Shown here: in pieces, positions 62,122 through 64,000 of the stretch
How the letters are laid out: every line of letters starts with the position of its first letter
Numbering within the stretch: the first letter of the stretch is position 1
From: Harriotta raleighana
Lineage: Eukaryota
Assembly (NCBI GenBank): GCA_050575255.1
Contig: JBNZDD010013491.1
Location: 248,001 to 312,000, forward strand
DNA length: 64,000 bases
Reading direction: 5' to 3'
Position numbers and translations under genes: made by a program
The notes under the pieces: model-generated
What the model saw: only the letters and a program-made list of their open reading frames with translations
Databases searched by the model: none
What the model was told of the DNA's origin: nothing

Positions 62122-62255
62122 CAAAATACTACAGATGCTGAGAATCTGAAACAAAAACAGAAGTTGCTGGGGAAACTCAGCAGGTTAGGCAGCATCCATG
62201 GAGAACGGAAAGTGAGTCAATGTTTCGGATCCATGACCCTTCGTCAGAACTGGGA
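62122..62255 (-). mobile_element. Penelope-type terminal remnant with a minimal hammerhead-like motif
   Basis: Same sequence as the 16959-17180 arms; minus strand AGTT-CTGACGA-A-GGGTC-ATG-GATCC-GAAA-C-ATT-GACT. Confidence 0.65.
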
Positions 62256-64000
62256 GTGTTTGGAGGGAGAGGTTTTTAAGGAAATTAGAGGTGGGGGGGC
62301 GGGGGTGAGTTAGGACATGGAAGACAAAAGAGACAAAGAAGACAAAGGAAAAAGAGTGTGCAAACTGATGGATTGAAATTTTTTGTAAACTGTTTATTCT
62401 CCATTTGATCATTTTTTGGCATGATGAAGTGAGATGCTGAAGTTGTCAAGTAAGATTTATTTTGCCTTGTTCATTTTTAAAATAAAAATAGCCATTTCTT
62501 TTAGATATTAACGATTATAGATCAGAACTACCTATGTAGTTGAATGCATACATAACTTGATGAAAAACAGGACCTTTGGGGGCAACATTAAATGTATTTC
62601 TATCTTATTTTATGTGCTCTTTGAACTGAAGCTTGTCTGGGATTCATTTTTATATATACACTTTATATCATTATATTCAAAGAAATTACAGCACAAAAAG
62701 GCTATTCATCCCATGAAATGTCCCTTGTATTAGCCTCCATAGTACTATATAATCTCCTCCTATTACCCACTCTTTTACCCATATCCTTTCATTGTGTTTC
62801 TCTACAAAATGAATCATGTTTATAGTGTACATTTATTTCTTCAAGGAAGGTGCTGTAACTCAAGACATTTACTCTTGGAAGAAACAATGAACTATTTCGA
62901 TTACAATAAAAAGGTGCTAAGACTCCAGAGTTTACTGACAGTAGGTATTTATTTAGAGAATTATTCATTGCCACCAACTGCATCTTGATTAGAATGCCCT
63001 ATTGCAAATTCATGCCATACACATCAGTAATGTCACCCTCTAGTAATTCTTCACAAACCATTGTGGAAAATATATCTACTAGAGTACAAAATTCACATTT
63101 CTCCATTGTGCACTAAATCACTATTAAAGCAATAAAACCAGAAAAACCCTCCATTCTTTCCTTTCTTCCAATGAGAGTGCTAATCGAGAAAGATATGAGA
63201 TGAATTCATAGAGCTGGTTCAAATAATATGATGATGTTTCCAACCTAACAACATTGAAAGAAAGAACACATTTTTGCAAGATTCTGTTGCCATATGTTTC
63301 TTTCTCAAATTAGGGCCACACACAGAAACATAAAAAGAGGTTCTTTTTGCTTTGTGGATCGACTGCTATATCCTTGTCCAATCTAATTAAAATCCACATT
63401 AATTATACAACTCAACTTTTGCCACATGACCAATTACTTCCACACAACTTATTTTGGTCAGTGTGACAAGGTGATTCAGGATAAGAGATTTCTCCTCGAC
63501 TGCTTCCAATCATAACCGATAATGCTCCAGTTTGATAATACAGAAGTTTTCCAAGTAAAATGCTTTGTTATTTAGAAGTTTTGAAGTAACTTAACGGAAA
63601 TGCTCCAGTTTTTAAACAAAATTTAGAAGCTGGATACAACACAATTTGTCTTTCACATCAGGCCCATCAAAGTGTTTAAATGTCCTTACTGGGATAAGGA
63701 ATCTACATTGAAAATAGCAGCCATTCCTCAGTTTGAAATGTGTTTGCACCAATATTTAAAGTTCCAAAGTTTTCAGTCAAGGGAAGGAATATGTTTTCAG
63801 CAGCAATTCACAACATTCCCCCTGGTGCTTCCGCTGCCTGTCACGAAAGAATGTATAATGGAAACAAAGTGCGAAATGAAATGTCATTGAAATCTTTGAA
63901 GATCCATAAGAAAAAATGTTGGAGATTCATATCTCGACCCAACTTCACCATTTACATATCTATGCAGCAGACTGTGAAATGATTCATCTTGCTCCAAATG

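Noticed and set aside
59100-64000. NMNAT3 3' exons expected from synteny
   Set aside because: No NMNAT-like peptide recognised in the ORF track or the frames I read; the gene probably lies beyond the window.

Overview
AT-rich, intron-containing vertebrate DNA. The repeat landscape (tRNA-derived SINEs with L2-type tails, CR1, Deu-type SINEs, Penelope-type remnants) and the gene sequences suggest a cartilaginous fish, plausibly a holocephalan such as elephant shark; this is inference. Four complete protein-coding genes were reconstructed exon by exon with GT-AG sites and consistent phases, in the order of human 3q23: MRPS22 (+, 8 exons, 344 aa), COPB2 (-, 22 exons, 934 aa), RBP2 (-, 4 exons, 134 aa) and RBP1 (-, 4 exons, 135 aa). 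Almost all other ORFs in the track are repeat or low-complexity artefacts. Single-N junctions flanked by duplicated sequence show a draft assembly with haplotype overlaps. I find no support for a new protein-coding system. The best non-coding leads are: a ~180-bp, ~90% identical inverted pair bracketing MRPS22 exons 5-6 (circRNA or editing candidate); minimal hammerhead-ribozyme motifs in Penelope-type remnants; a COPB2 promoter with a GC-skew flip, UPRE/CREB3 and BANP-like motifs and a 29-bp VNTR; an RBP1 with RBP7-like pocket residues; and DR1/enterocyte motif clusters around the RBP genes.
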